DNA of 32,000 bases from Heyndrickxia oleronia (GCF_017809215.1 NZ_CP065424.1:1244911-1276910); one strand, 5' to 3'. Positions 17,175 to 26,932 are shown, counted from the first letter of the stretch. Made by a program: numbers and translations. Notes: generated by a model not told the origin, from the letters alone.

Positions 17175-18620
17175 ATGACAATTCTTACGATTTTGTTAGC
17201 ATTCTTCTTCATTTTAAATTTTATTTTATCAGGTATCGTTATATTTCTAGAACGGAGAAATATAGGGGCAACTTGGGCGTGGTTGTTAGTTTTACTTTTC
17301 ATACCTGTTGCTGGATTTATTATATATTTAATTTTTGGACAAAATTTAAGCAGAAGAAGAATTTTTTATTGGAAAGATCAGGAGAAAATTGGGATAAAAG
17401 AAATATCTCAGCGCCAAATAGATATGCTCAGAAATAATAAATTTCCTTTCCATGATGAACGTACTGTTCAATATAAAGAACTTGTTTATATGCTTCTTGT
17501 TAATGATGATGCGGTTATGTCCCATGACAATGATGTAGAAATTTTTATTGATGGGGATGACAAATTTCAATCGCTTTTTGAGGATATAAGAAAGGCAAAG
17601 GATCATATCCATTTACTCTACTACATCGTTCGTGATGATTTATTAGGTCAGAAGCTCGTAGAACTGCTGACGATTAAGGCGAAAGAGGGGGTAACTGTTC
17701 GTTTCGTTTATGACGATATGGGCTCAAGAAGACTACCGCGTAAATTCTTTAAGTCACTAATCGATGCAGGGGGCCAAGTCGCTTCATTCTTCCCAGCTAA
17801 AATCCCGATGCTTAATTTGCGAGTAAATTTTCGCAATCATAGAAAGTTAGCCATTATTGATGGAAATATTGGTTATATCGGTGGTTTCAATATTGGTGAC
17901 GAATATCTAGGTTTAAATAAGCGATTCGGATATTGGCGTGATACTCATTTGAAAATTACTGGAAAAGCTGTGTATGCTATGCAAACACGCTTTATTCTTG
18001 ATTGGAATCAGGCTTCATCAAAAGAAATCAGGTATGAGGGAAGATATTTCCCTGACATTCCATCTATAGGTTACACCGATGTTCAAATTGTATCTAGTGG
18101 TCCTGATTCAGAATGGGAACAAATTAAAAATGGTTATATTAAAATGATCAATTCTGCCAAAAAGTATATTTTCATGCAAACACCTTACTTTATCCCCGAC
18201 GATAGTTTATTAAATGCTATAAAAATTGCTATTCTATCTGGTGTCGATGTAAGGTTAATGATCCCTAATAAGCCGGATCATATGTTTGTGTATTGGGCAA
18301 CCTATTCCTATGTAGGTGAGCTATTGAAAACTGGTGCAAAGGTTTATATTTATGATAATGGATTCATTCATGCGAAAATGTTAGTGGTCGATGGGAAAAT
18401 TGCGACTGTCGGAACAGCAAATATTGATAATCGAAGTTTCCGATTAAATTTTGAGGTTAATGCATTTTTATATAGTCATCATATTTCAAAGAAACTCGAA
18501 AAAATATACATGGATGATATGGGAAAATCAAAGGAATTAACATTAGAAGAATATCTATTACGTCCGAAATGGATTCGTTTTAAGGAGTCCATTTCTAGAT
18601 TATTATCTCCGATTTTATAA
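17175..18620 (+). CDS. cls: cardiolipin synthase (PLD superfamily)
   Basis: AAAGGAG lies 6 nt before ATG 17175 (the track start TTG 17157 is less likely). There are two N-terminal TM helices and two HKD motifs: HRKLAIIDG...GGFNIGDEY and HAKMLVVDG...GTANIDNRS. Confidence 0.93.
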   Translation: MTILTILLAFFFILNFILSGIVIFLERRNIGATWAWLLVLLFIPVAGFIIYLIFGQNLSRRRIFYWKDQEKIGIKEISQRQIDMLRNNKFPFHDERTVQYKELVYMLLVNDDAVMSHDNDVEIFIDGDDKFQSLFEDIRKAKDHIHLLYYIVRDDLLGQKLVELLTIKAKEGVTVRFVYDDMGSRRLPRKFFKSLIDAGGQVASFFPAKIPMLNLRVNFRNHRKLAIIDGNIGYIGGFNIGDEYLGLNKRFGYWRDTHLKITGKAVYAMQTRFILDWNQASSKEIRYEGRYFPDIPSIGYTDVQIVSSGPDSEWEQIKNGYIKMINSAKKYIFMQTPYFIPDDSLLNAIKIAILSGVDVRLMIPNKPDHMFVYWATYSYVGELLKTGAKVYIYDNGFIHAKMLVVDGKIATVGTANIDNRSFRLNFEVNAFLYSHHISKKLEKIYMDDMGKSKELTLEEYLLRPKWIRFKESISRLLSPIL

Positions 18621-18627
18621 CGTTACG

Positions 18628-18666
18628 AAAAGAGGGTTGCCCGAGAAATGGGTAGCCCTCTTTTTG
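18628..18666 (+). terminator. rho-independent terminator
   Basis: AAAGAGGGTTGCCC pairs with GGGTAGCCCTCTTT, then TTTTG. Confidence 0.8.
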
Positions 18667-18683
18667 TTGTTTGTAAACTGATT

Positions 18684-18712
18684 TTGACAAAAGTCTACAG
18701 AAGGCGTACAAT
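18684..18712 (+). promoter_or_regulatory. sigma-A promoter
   Basis: TTGACA (18684-18689), a 17-nt spacer, then TACAAT (18707-18712), 60 nt upstream of ATG 18773. Confidence 0.55.
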
Positions 18713-18772
18713 TTAAAATATTTTAACTTTAGTGTCAATTACATAACTAAATGGATATGGGGTGCTAATTTA

Positions 18773-19912
18773 ATGGAGAAATCATTTGAAACAGCAATTG
18801 TACATAATTCTTTAATAAATACCTCGAATATACATAGTAAAACAACACCAATATATCAGACCTCTGCATTTACGTTTCAATCATTGGAGGCATTAGAAGA
18901 GTTTTATCAAGGGAATATTCCATATCTCTACTCCCGGACTGGTAACCCAAATACAGATGAATTAGGACAAGCTGTTGCAAGATTAGAAGGTGCACCTGAT
19001 GGTGTTGCTACATCCTCAGGACTCTCCGCTATTTTAGCAGGGATATTAGCTGTCGCCTCTGCTGGCGATCATATTGTTGCGGCAGATGATATATATGGCG
19101 GAACCCATCATTTATTAAAACACGAATTAAAGGAACTTGGAATTGAAACCACATTTATCCCTTTTAAAGATGCTTCAATGATTCGAAAGGCGATTCAATC
19201 GAATACAAAGCTTCTTTATTCCGAAACAGTAACCAACCCATTTTTACGGATAGAAAACGTGACTGAATTGGTTCGAATCGCAAAGGAATTTCAGCTTTGC
19301 ACAATGGTAGATAATACATTCGCAACTCCATATTTATTGCAGCCGTTTATCGACGGAGTGGATATTGTGGCTCATAGCGCAACGAAATATATAGGTGGGC
19401 ATAGTGATGTAACCGCTGGCGTAATTGTTGGAACAGAAACATTGATGGCAAAAGCAAGACAAAAGGTAGTTAATTTGGGTACAAATTTAAGTCCCTTTGA
19501 AGCATGGCTTACTAGTAGAGGGTTAAAAACACTTGCATTAAGAATGGAGCGCCAAGCAACTAATGCTCAATTGTTAGCAGAAAGCCTAACGAATCATTCC
19601 AATGTAAAAAGAGTTTACTATCCAGAAAATCTATCAACTAAGGGAAATGGTGCGATAGTTACCATTGAATTAGGAGAAGCTGTAGATATTCATCAGTTTT
19701 TTTCCTCTTTAGGTTGGGTAAAACTTGTTCCTACATTAGCAGGAGTGGAAACAACTGTATCCTATCCGTTTGGAACATCTCATCGCAGTCTTACTTTAGA
19801 GGAGCAAGAAAGCATAGGAATCAATCAGTGGGTTATTCGCATTTCGGTAGGAATAGAAGATTCAGCAGATATTATTAAGCAATTTAAGCGTGCGATAGAA
19901 GCCGCATTATAA
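18773..19912 (+). CDS. Cys/Met-metabolism PLP-dependent enzyme (cystathionine gamma-synthase/beta-lyase/methionine gamma-lyase family)
   Basis: 379 aa. YSRTGNPNTDEL and the PLP-lysine motif HSATKYIGGHSDVTAG are present. Exact specificity cannot be called from sequence alone. Confidence 0.85.
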   Translation: MEKSFETAIVHNSLINTSNIHSKTTPIYQTSAFTFQSLEALEEFYQGNIPYLYSRTGNPNTDELGQAVARLEGAPDGVATSSGLSAILAGILAVASAGDHIVAADDIYGGTHHLLKHELKELGIETTFIPFKDASMIRKAIQSNTKLLYSETVTNPFLRIENVTELVRIAKEFQLCTMVDNTFATPYLLQPFIDGVDIVAHSATKYIGGHSDVTAGVIVGTETLMAKARQKVVNLGTNLSPFEAWLTSRGLKTLALRMERQATNAQLLAESLTNHSNVKRVYYPENLSTKGNGAIVTIELGEAVDIHQFFSSLGWVKLVPTLAGVETTVSYPFGTSHRSLTLEEQESIGINQWVIRISVGIEDSADIIKQFKRAIEAAL

Positions 19913-20033
19913 GATTGGTATCAAGTTTAGTATCGTTTGCTACTTTGATAAAAAGTCATGCCTTTTCACTTAGCGGCTGTTTTAAAGGGATGAAAGAAAT
20001 ATCCACTAAAAAGTTTTTTTAATAGAAAAAAGG

Positions 20034-20063
20034 TTGACGAACTATTCATCCATCTTTTATAAT
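20034..20063 (+). promoter_or_regulatory. sigma-A promoter driving the S-box leader
   Basis: TTGACG (20034-20039), an 18-nt spacer, then TATAAT (20058-20063). Confidence 0.5.
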
Positions 20064-20103
20064 GCAAAACAAGAGCAATTTAAAATTTTCTAAATTTAAT
20101 AAT

Positions 20104-20264
20104 CACTCTTATCGTGAGCGGCGGAGGGACTAGGCCCTTTGAAGCCCGGCAACCTTCAAGCATTCGTGCTTGAAAAGGTGCTAATTCCTACAGATCAATT
20201 AGATCTGAAAGATAAGGGGAGGAACTGATATAATAAGCCCTCTTCTTATGAAGAGGGTTTTTTG
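20104..20264 (+). promoter_or_regulatory. SAM-I (S-box) riboswitch with intrinsic terminator
   Basis: CTCTTATCGTGAGCGGCGGAGGGACTAGGCCCTTTGAAGCCCGGCAACC...AAGGTGCTAATTCCTACAG...AAAGATAAGGGG matches the S-box consensus blocks. The expression platform is CCCTCTTC-TTAT-GAAGAGGG plus TTTTTTG (20238-20264). Confidence 0.9.
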
Positions 20265-20408
20265 TTTCCCCTCATTCCATACTTCTCAAATCCCACAACA
20301 GAGGAATTACTCAATGAACCTTACCTAGTTTAAGCGGCTTAATGTTATTAGCCATTGAATGTTATTTAGCCTCACCTGAATAATAAAAAGATCTAGGAGG
20401 AATTCAAA

Positions 20409-21704
20409 ATGACAAATGAAAACTATCAACCAGAAACGTTATTACTTCATGGGGGACAGCAGCCTGATCCAACGACAGGTTCACGGGCTGTTCCGGTTTA
20501 TAAGACGACATCCTATGTTTTTAAAGATACAGATCATGCCCAAGGGTTATTTGCCCTTGAACAACCTGGCTATATTTATACAAGAATTGGCAATCCAACG
20601 GTTGATGTATTTGAGCAGCGTATTGCCCTTTTGGAAGGGGGAACAGCAGCTGTTGCACTTTCATCAGGGATGGCCGCCATTGCTTTTTCTATTTTAAATA
20701 TTGCTAGTGCAGGAGATGAAATTATCGCTGCTGGAAATCTTTATGGCGGGACTTTTAATCTCTTTGCAACGACGCTTCCTAGATATGGGATTCAAGTGAA
20801 ATTTGTTGATGCAACTGATCCGGAAAATTTTCGGGAAGCAATCACTCCGAAAACGAAAGCTCTCTTTGCAGAAATTATTGGCAATCCAAGCCTACATGTT
20901 TTAGATGTTGAGGCAGTAGCAAATGTTGCCCATGAAAACGGAATCCCGTTGATCATAGATAATACTTTCGGAACTCCATATCTTTCTAATCCAATAAAAT
21001 GGGGTGCTGATATTGTAGTTCATTCCGCTACTAAATGGATTGGCGGACATGGAACGACAATCGGCGGTGTCGTGATTGATGGTGGTAAATTTGATTGGAA
21101 TAGTGATAAATTCCCTTATTTTAAAGAGCCAGATGAAAGTTATCATGGCCTTCGATATGGTATTGATGTGCCTCAAGCAGCATTTGCCACAAAGCTTCGT
21201 GTGCAGTTATTGCGTGATTTCGGTGCTAGCTTAAGTCCTGATAGTGCATTCTTATTATTACAAGGTCTTGAAACATTACATCTACGTGTACAAAAGCATA
21301 ATGAAAATGCATTGAAGATTGCCCAGTTTTTACAAGATCATCCTGCCGTTGCTTGGGTTAATTATACAGGACTAGAGGAACATCCATCATATGAGCTTGC
21401 AACTAAATATTTCAAAGGTGGATTTGGTTCCATTGTCAACTTTGGGATTAAAGGTGGTCGGGAAGTAGGAAGAAAAGTCATCGATGAGATAAAATTATGG
21501 TCTCATGTTGCAAATGTGGGGGATGCAAAATCTTTAATTATCCATCCTGCATCTACTACCCATCAACAGCTTAATGCAGAGGATCTTAAACTAACAGGTG
21601 TAACAGAGGAACTGATTCGCCTTTCGGTCGGTTTGGAAGCAGTAGAGGATTTAACAGCAGATTTAGATCAAGCGATTGTAAAAGCAACAAGCGTCACAGT
21701 ATAG
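20409..21704 (+). CDS. metY: O-acetylhomoserine sulfhydrylase (aminocarboxypropyltransferase)
   Basis: 431 aa. [13 protein letters not shown] and the PLP site [16 protein letters not shown] are present, with the typical ~430-aa OAH/OAS sulfhydrylase length. RBS AGGAGG lies upstream. Confidence 0.88.
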   Translation: MTNENYQPETLLLHGGQQPDPTTGSRAVPVYKTTSYVFKDTDHAQGLFALEQPGYIYTRIGNPTVDVFEQRIALLEGGTAAVALSSGMAAIAFSILNIASAGDEIIAAGNLYGGTFNLFATTLPRYGIQVKFVDATDPENFREAITPKTKALFAEIIGNPSLHVLDVEAVANVAHENGIPLIIDNTFGTPYLSNPIKWGADIVVHSATKWIGGHGTTIGGVVIDGGKFDWNSDKFPYFKEPDESYHGLRYGIDVPQAAFATKLRVQLLRDFGASLSPDSAFLLLQGLETLHLRVQKHNENALKIAQFLQDHPAVAWVNYTGLEEHPSYELATKYFKGGFGSIVNFGIKGGREVGRKVIDEIKLWSHVANVGDAKSLIIHPASTTHQQLNAEDLKLTGVTEELIRLSVGLEAVEDLTADLDQAIVKATSVTV

Positions 21705-21754
21705 AAATAGTAAATTTTTGCACAGTCGGTCAGGCGAATAAGGGGGATTTCTTA

Positions 21755-22750
21755 ATGTCAGTCATAAAGGCAGCGCTTTTAGGTTTTGGAACGGTTGGTG
21801 AAGGTGTCTATACTGCAATTCACTCCCATCAACAGCAGCTTAATGAACTGCTGGGAGTAAGGGTGGAAATTGTTGCGGTATTGATTCGGGATAAAAATAA
21901 AAAGAGAGACATTGAGTCGAATATACTTGTCACAACAGATTTCGAAGAGATTCTTAATATACGTGATTTGGATGTAGTTTTTGAAGCGATTGTAGGAGAG
22001 GAACCAGGTTACACGTATTTGAAGCAGGCAATTGATAAGGGCATCCATGTGATTACAGCTAATAAGGTCATGTTTGCAAAATATGGGCAGGAATTAATTC
22101 ATAAAGCAAAGCAACGGAATGTAAAACTTGCATTTGAAGCAACAACGGCTGGTGGGGTTCCAATTATAAGAACCATCCAACGATTGCTGCAAGTTAATCG
22201 AATTACAAAGGTTCAAGGGATACTAAATGGCACCTCAAATTTTATTTTGACAAAAATGAGAGAGAACAAGTTGTCATTCGAGGCAGCTCTTCATTTAGCA
22301 CAGCAAAAAGGCTATGCGGAGGCTGACCCGACGAATGATATTAGTGGAAAAGATGCCTTTTGTAAATTAATGATATTAAGTCAACTTGTATTTGGTGAAC
22401 AGCCATGCTGGTCTGAAGTGAAAATTGAAGGAATCACTTCGATTTCCCAGCAACAAATAGAAGAAAAAGAGCATCAAGGTCAAAGATATAAACATATTGC
22501 GGAGATTTATAAAGAAGGCAAGCTGATAAAAGCTTCTGTGAAGCCGATTATTGTTGACAGTAATCACCCACTGTACTGGATTGAAGGTGTCGAAAATGCC
22601 ATTGCACTAGAAGCAAGCTTGGTTGGAAATATTACATTACAAGGACCTGGAGCTGGGAAAATGCCTACAGCGAGTGCGATGATTGAGGACTTTGCTGAAA
22701 TAGTCCAACACCAACAGTTACAGGAGAAAATCCCTGCATTGCAAATGTAA
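21755..22750 (+). CDS. hom: homoserine dehydrogenase, short form without a C-terminal ACT domain
   Basis: 331 aa. NAD-binding LLGFGTVGEGV and catalytic-domain GILNGTSNFILTKM...GYAEADPTNDISGKDA are present. It ends ~100 aa earlier than ACT-containing Hom proteins. Confidence 0.85.
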   Translation: MSVIKAALLGFGTVGEGVYTAIHSHQQQLNELLGVRVEIVAVLIRDKNKKRDIESNILVTTDFEEILNIRDLDVVFEAIVGEEPGYTYLKQAIDKGIHVITANKVMFAKYGQELIHKAKQRNVKLAFEATTAGGVPIIRTIQRLLQVNRITKVQGILNGTSNFILTKMRENKLSFEAALHLAQQKGYAEADPTNDISGKDAFCKLMILSQLVFGEQPCWSEVKIEGITSISQQQIEEKEHQGQRYKHIAEIYKEGKLIKASVKPIIVDSNHPLYWIEGVENAIALEASLVGNITLQGPGAGKMPTASAMIEDFAEIVQHQQLQEKIPALQM

Positions 22751-22776
22751 AACTGGCGACTTCGCCAGTTTTTTTA
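22751..22776 (+). terminator. rho-independent terminator
   Basis: AACTGGCG-ACTT-CGCCAGTT, then TTTTT. Confidence 0.88.
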
Positions 22777-23059
22777 TTTAGAAAATGACAACTATTTAGA
22801 AATACTTTTTATCTATCGCCTAGCCCACCTCTGAGATCAAGAAACCAATAATGTAGTTGTTGATTTTAAGAATATGAGTACTTGTCGAGGGCTGATTAAG
22901 GTGCACGACTGGATTTGTTGAATATCCTGGTTATGAAAGTTTCATAACTCGTCCTTTTCTCACATATATTGAAGAATAGGCTTACAAACTATGCGGAACC
23001 AATCTTACTCCCTTAGCGGAAGGATCCGTCAGCATGCTTTTTAAGAGAGGGGGACGCTT

Positions 23060-24514
23060 ATGAAACGGAAATGGATGGCAGTGATGGTCTCAGGTGCATT
23101 AATAACAGGTGCAAGTGGAACATATGTCGGAATGAAATGGTTTGAAGCAGAGGATGTTCAAATAAATGAACAATCAAAGGACGAGCATTTTCTGGAATCT
23201 ACAAATAGCAAGGGGCAATCCCTTCCAGATTTAGCGAAAATCGCCCAAGCGTATAATCTCATCAAAGGTTCTTATGTTGAGGAAGTGGATGATCAACAAC
23301 TAGTTGAAGGGGCAATACAAGGTATGGTGAGTACTTTAGATGATCCATACTCGATATATATGGATGCCAAAACAGCTTCCAAATTCAATCAAACATTAGA
23401 ATCTTCATTTGAAGGAATTGGAGCAGAGGTAACCGCAAAAGATGGAAAAATCCTAATTGTTTCCCCATATAAAAATTCCCCTGCAGAAAAGTCGGGGTTA
23501 AAACCGAAAGATGAAATTATCAAAATCGATGGGGAAAGTATTGAAGGTCTGGATTTGTATCAAGCTACAACAAAGATTCGCGGAAAAAAAGGAACGACAG
23601 TAACGCTTGATATTAAGAGGGAAGGAGTTAGTAAGGCCCTTCAATTTAAGGTGAAGCGTGATGAAATCCCGATGGAAACAGTATTTGCAAGTATAAAGTA
23701 TGAAGGGAATAAACCGATTGGTTATATTGAGATCACGCAGTTTTCCAAAGATACGGCAAAAGATTTTAAAAGAGAATTGAAAAAACTTGAAAAACAAAAT
23801 ATGAAAGGGTTAATTATTGATGTAAGAGGAAATCCGGGAGGGCTTTTGCTTAGTGTTCAAGAGATTTTAGATACACTTGTAACGAGCCAAAAGCCTTATT
23901 ATCAAATCCAACAGCGGGATGGTGAGAAGCTACCCTACTACTCAAACCTGGAGAAAAGTAAACCGTATTCGATTGCTGTCCTCGTAGATGAGGGGAGTGC
24001 ATCAGCATCGGAAATTCTTGCAGGTGCATTGAAGGAAGCAGAAGGGTATACATTAATTGGTGAAAAAACATTTGGAAAAGGAACAGTTCAGGATGCCGTT
24101 CCAATGGGAGATGGAAGCACAATAAAATTAACAATGTATAAATGGCTTACACCAAACGGAAATTGGATTCATCATAAGGGAATTCAACCTACAATCGAAA
24201 TGAAACAACCAGATTATTTTTATATTCATCCATTAGAGGTTGAGGAAACATTGAAGCCTGATATGAATAATGAGCAAGTTAAAATTGCACAGAAAATGCT
24301 TGATGGTCTCGGATATTCACCGGGTCGTAGTGATGGTTATTATAATCAAAAAACAAAAACAGCGGTAAGAGCCTTTCAGAATCAAGTAAGCCTACCTGCT
24401 ACAGGAGAGCTTGATGTGAAAACAGCTCAACGATTAGAAGAAGAAATTATCTCAGCAATTAAGGATGAAAAAAATGATCTTCAATTACAAGTTGCATTAA
24501 AATACTTTCAATAG
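23060..24514 (+). CDS. ctpB: S41 carboxy-terminal processing protease with PDZ and C-terminal peptidoglycan-binding domain
   Basis: 484 aa. An N-terminal TM anchor, a PDZ domain (GAEVTAKDGKILIVSPYKNSPAEKSGLKPKDEIIKIDG), the S41 core (DVRGNPGG, GSASASEILAGAL, GEKTFGKG) and PG_binding_1-like GYSPGRSDGYYNQKTKTAVRAFQ are present. The symbol is assigned by family and the ftsX-region context only. Confidence 0.8.
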   Translation: MKRKWMAVMVSGALITGASGTYVGMKWFEAEDVQINEQSKDEHFLESTNSKGQSLPDLAKIAQAYNLIKGSYVEEVDDQQLVEGAIQGMVSTLDDPYSIYMDAKTASKFNQTLESSFEGIGAEVTAKDGKILIVSPYKNSPAEKSGLKPKDEIIKIDGESIEGLDLYQATTKIRGKKGTTVTLDIKREGVSKALQFKVKRDEIPMETVFASIKYEGNKPIGYIEITQFSKDTAKDFKRELKKLEKQNMKGLIIDVRGNPGGLLLSVQEILDTLVTSQKPYYQIQQRDGEKLPYYSNLEKSKPYSIAVLVDEGSASASEILAGALKEAEGYTLIGEKTFGKGTVQDAVPMGDGSTIKLTMYKWLTPNGNWIHHKGIQPTIEMKQPDYFYIHPLEVEETLKPDMNNEQVKIAQKMLDGLGYSPGRSDGYYNQKTKTAVRAFQNQVSLPATGELDVKTAQRLEEEIISAIKDEKNDLQLQVALKYFQ

Positions 24515-24603
24515 TATCTAAGTATCTATTTATTTTGAAGGAGATTCAATCAGTCATACATTTCTTTACCACCTAACCGATCAATCGATATTTAATATAG
24601 ATT

Positions 24604-24756
24604 GTTGTTTTAGTAATAGCCCTCCTAGCGATATTTAAACCTAGTAAATACTTAAGCGACTTTATGGATTATACAGTGACATAGAAGGGTTAGTCTTCAA
24701 CCTATATTCATTAGTTAATGATTAACCTAAAATAGCAATAATGTTTAGGAAAAGAG
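24604..24756 (+). repeat. dispersed intergenic repeat, copy B
   Basis: Core AATAGCAATAATGTTTAGGAAAAGAG (24731-24756) matches copy A at 23/26. Upstream blocks GTTGTTTTAGTAA, CCC, CTTTATGGA and ACAG align with copies A and C. Confidence 0.7.
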
Positions 24757-24843
24757 CTTAATATAAAACTGATCATAGGTTTTATGCGAACAATCTGCTA
24801 AAATAAGAATAATAGATTGTACTTGGTAAGGTGGTGGAAGAAT

Positions 24844-26031
24844 TTGAGTCAGGTGTGGTTAATTGAAATCCTAAAAGGAATAGGGAAGTTCTTTCTTCAT
24901 CCGATCTTCTATTATTCGATCTTTTTGGCTATTCTTGCAGGGATTGTTCGAGTAAAAAAAGAACGGAATGATTTCCATATTCGTGTATATGATATATATC
25001 AAGAATTGCGCTATCTATTACCAGCAGGTTTATTAATAGGATTAATTGTATCTTTGATTACGATTAGCAGTGGTTTTGTTATTTCTTTTTCAATGATTGC
25101 TGTACTTGCTATTATAACCATCGTACTTAGCCTTATTGGAAATTTTCGCTATCTATCTTCTGCATTTACAATTGGTTTTTCGTTTATCCTATTATTTTTA
25201 GCTAGCGAAATGAATTGGGATTTTCCAATATTATCTGAACATCCATCAGACAGTAGTTTGTCAGGATTTATCGTAATACTTGGTATACTGCTGATTGTTG
25301 AAGGGATTCAAATGGTTCGGAATGGAACAAAGAAATTTTCACCGATTCTTCGAGAAAGTCGTCGTGGATTAACTGTAGGAGCGCATCAAGTAAAAAGAAT
25401 ATGGTTGATACCGGTTTTTTGCTTCCTTCCTGTTGGGCCTATGACTGCTCCTTTTGAGTGGTGGCCGACCTTTGACTTTGGTACTACATCCTATTCACTC
25501 ATTCTTATCCCATTTGCTATTGGCTTCCAACAACAAATCCAAAGCACATTACCACAAATAGCGGTTAAGCGGATTGGTATGAATGTTATATGGCTTGGTA
25601 TTATTGCTTTAGCAATTGCAATAGCTGGTATGTGGTGGTCTATCTTTTCCATTGCAGCTGTTATTATTGCGATACTAGGAAGAGGATGGATTTCTTACCG
25701 TCATCGAGTCCGCGAAAATTCAGCAACCTATTATTTCACTCCTCAGAAAAAAGGGCTTATGGTATTAGCCATTATTCCTTTTTCACCAGCCGAGAAATTA
25801 GGGCTGCAAATGGGAGAGATTATTTATAAATGCAATGGACAAATAACACTTAATAAGAATGAGTTTTATAAAGCTCTTCAAAAAAATCGTGCGTATTGTA
25901 AATTAGAAGTTTTTGATGTGAACGGAGAAATTCGCTTTGTTCAAGGTGCGTTATTCGAGGGAGATCATCATGAGTTAGGGATATTGACAATTGAGGATAA
26001 GAAAAAGTGGAATGGCAATGAAGCATCTTAG
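24844..26031 (+). CDS. minJ: polytopic membrane protein with C-terminal PDZ domain, MinJ-like division-site determinant
   Basis: Multiple TM helices plus a C-terminal PDZ (LMVLAIIPFSPAEKLGLQMGEIIYKCNGQ). The likely start is TTG 24844, after GGTGG (24833-24837). The track start TTG 24817 has no RBS. Confidence 0.7.
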   Translation: MSQVWLIEILKGIGKFFLHPIFYYSIFLAILAGIVRVKKERNDFHIRVYDIYQELRYLLPAGLLIGLIVSLITISSGFVISFSMIAVLAIITIVLSLIGNFRYLSSAFTIGFSFILLFLASEMNWDFPILSEHPSDSSLSGFIVILGILLIVEGIQMVRNGTKKFSPILRESRRGLTVGAHQVKRIWLIPVFCFLPVGPMTAPFEWWPTFDFGTTSYSLILIPFAIGFQQQIQSTLPQIAVKRIGMNVIWLGIIALAIAIAGMWWSIFSIAAVIIAILGRGWISYRHRVRENSATYYFTPQKKGLMVLAIIPFSPAEKLGLQMGEIIYKCNGQITLNKNEFYKALQKNRAYCKLEVFDVNGEIRFVQGALFEGDHHELGILTIEDKKKWNGNEAS

Positions 26032-26052
26032 TCTTATTTTCTATCATTCTCT

Positions 26053-26087
26053 CAAAGGAACCATGTCAATCTGATATGGTTCCTTTG
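26053..26087 (+). terminator. stem-loop after minJ
   Basis: A 12-bp stem: CAAAGGAACCAT pairs with ATGGTTCCTTTG across an 11-nt loop. The T tract is weak. Confidence 0.55.
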
Positions 26088-26114
26088 TGTCACTAAAAAA
26101 ATTAGAGGTGGAGT

Positions 26115-26879
26115 ATGAGTCAGTTTACACACTTAGAATTTCTACAAAATATAGGTTCACAAAAGCCAAAAACAATAAATAATCATGAGACACAATGTCC
26201 CTTTTGTCAGGTGGATCAACTAGAAAACATACTGGCACAACAAGATACGATCATATTATTGAAAAATAAATATGCAACACTAAAGGATACTTTTCAAACA
26301 GTATTAATAGAAACAGACCAATGTCAATCGGATCTATCTTTATATACGAAAGAACATCTTTATCAATTGATAGATTTTGGTGTTCATCATTGGTTGGAGA
26401 TGGTAAATAGCGGAAAATACACTTCTGTCATTTTCTTCAAAAATCATGGTCCGTTATCAGGAGGGACAATCCGTCATCCCCATATGCAAATTGTTGGACT
26501 TCGGAATATCAATTATCAACATAATATAAATAAAGCTGATTTTATGGGGATTGAAATAGCAAGTCAATCAAGTGTAGAGTTCAATCTCTCAAACAAACCA
26601 AGAATGGGCTTTTTTGAATATAATGTTCTTTTGCACGATCTTAAAGATTTGCAGATCATGGCGGATTATATTCAATTAGCCGTACATTACATTCTTCATC
26701 ATAGTCATTTTAAATGTGAAAGCTACAATCTTTTTTTCTATCAAATAGATGGGCAGATAGCTTGTAAAATTATTCCTAGATACATTACCCCCCCTCTATT
26801 TGTAGGATATTCGATACCACAGGTCGCAAGTAATTTAGATGAAATTGTAGACCGAATAAAAAGCATCTATAAATTATAA
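26115..26879 (+). CDS. GalT-like HIT-superfamily nucleotidyltransferase-fold protein of unknown function (DUF4931-like)
   Basis: 254 aa. An N-terminal zinc knuckle CPFCQ and the histidine motif GGTIRHPHMQIVG (HxHxQ, as in galactose-1-P uridylyltransferase) are present. RBS AGAGGTGGAG lies upstream. Confidence 0.6.
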   Translation: MSQFTHLEFLQNIGSQKPKTINNHETQCPFCQVDQLENILAQQDTIILLKNKYATLKDTFQTVLIETDQCQSDLSLYTKEHLYQLIDFGVHHWLEMVNSGKYTSVIFFKNHGPLSGGTIRHPHMQIVGLRNINYQHNINKADFMGIEIASQSSVEFNLSNKPRMGFFEYNVLLHDLKDLQIMADYIQLAVHYILHHSHFKCESYNLFFYQIDGQIACKIIPRYITPPLFVGYSIPQVASNLDEIVDRIKSIYKL

Positions 26880-26917
26880 GTCCTATGCTTAATAAATAGT
26901 ATAGGACTTATTTGTAT
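26877..26917. terminator. bidirectional stem-loop between convergent genes
   Basis: TAAGTCCTAT (26877-26886) pairs with ATAGGACTTA (26901-26910), followed by TTTGTATT. Confidence 0.6.
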
Positions 26918-26932
26918 TATTAAGGTAAAGGG

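Noticed and set aside
17090-17437. 115-aa + strand ORF overlapping the start of cls.
   Set aside because: It is out of frame with cls, has no RBS, and cls has a clear AAAGGAG-ATG start at 17175.
20416-21176. Alternative-frame and antisense ORFs (93 and 91 aa) inside metY. Similar ones occur inside hom, ctpB, minJ, ktrB, ggt, secA and other genes.
   Set aside because: All are embedded in strongly supported genes, lack RBSs and have no recognisable motifs.
22846-22862. CAATAATGTAGTTGTTG mini-hairpin, preceded by TAGCCCACCTCTGAG, resembles the two ends of the dispersed repeat joined together (a possible solo or excised remnant).
   Set aside because: The similarity is too short (6-bp arms with one G-U) to separate from chance without a genome-wide model.
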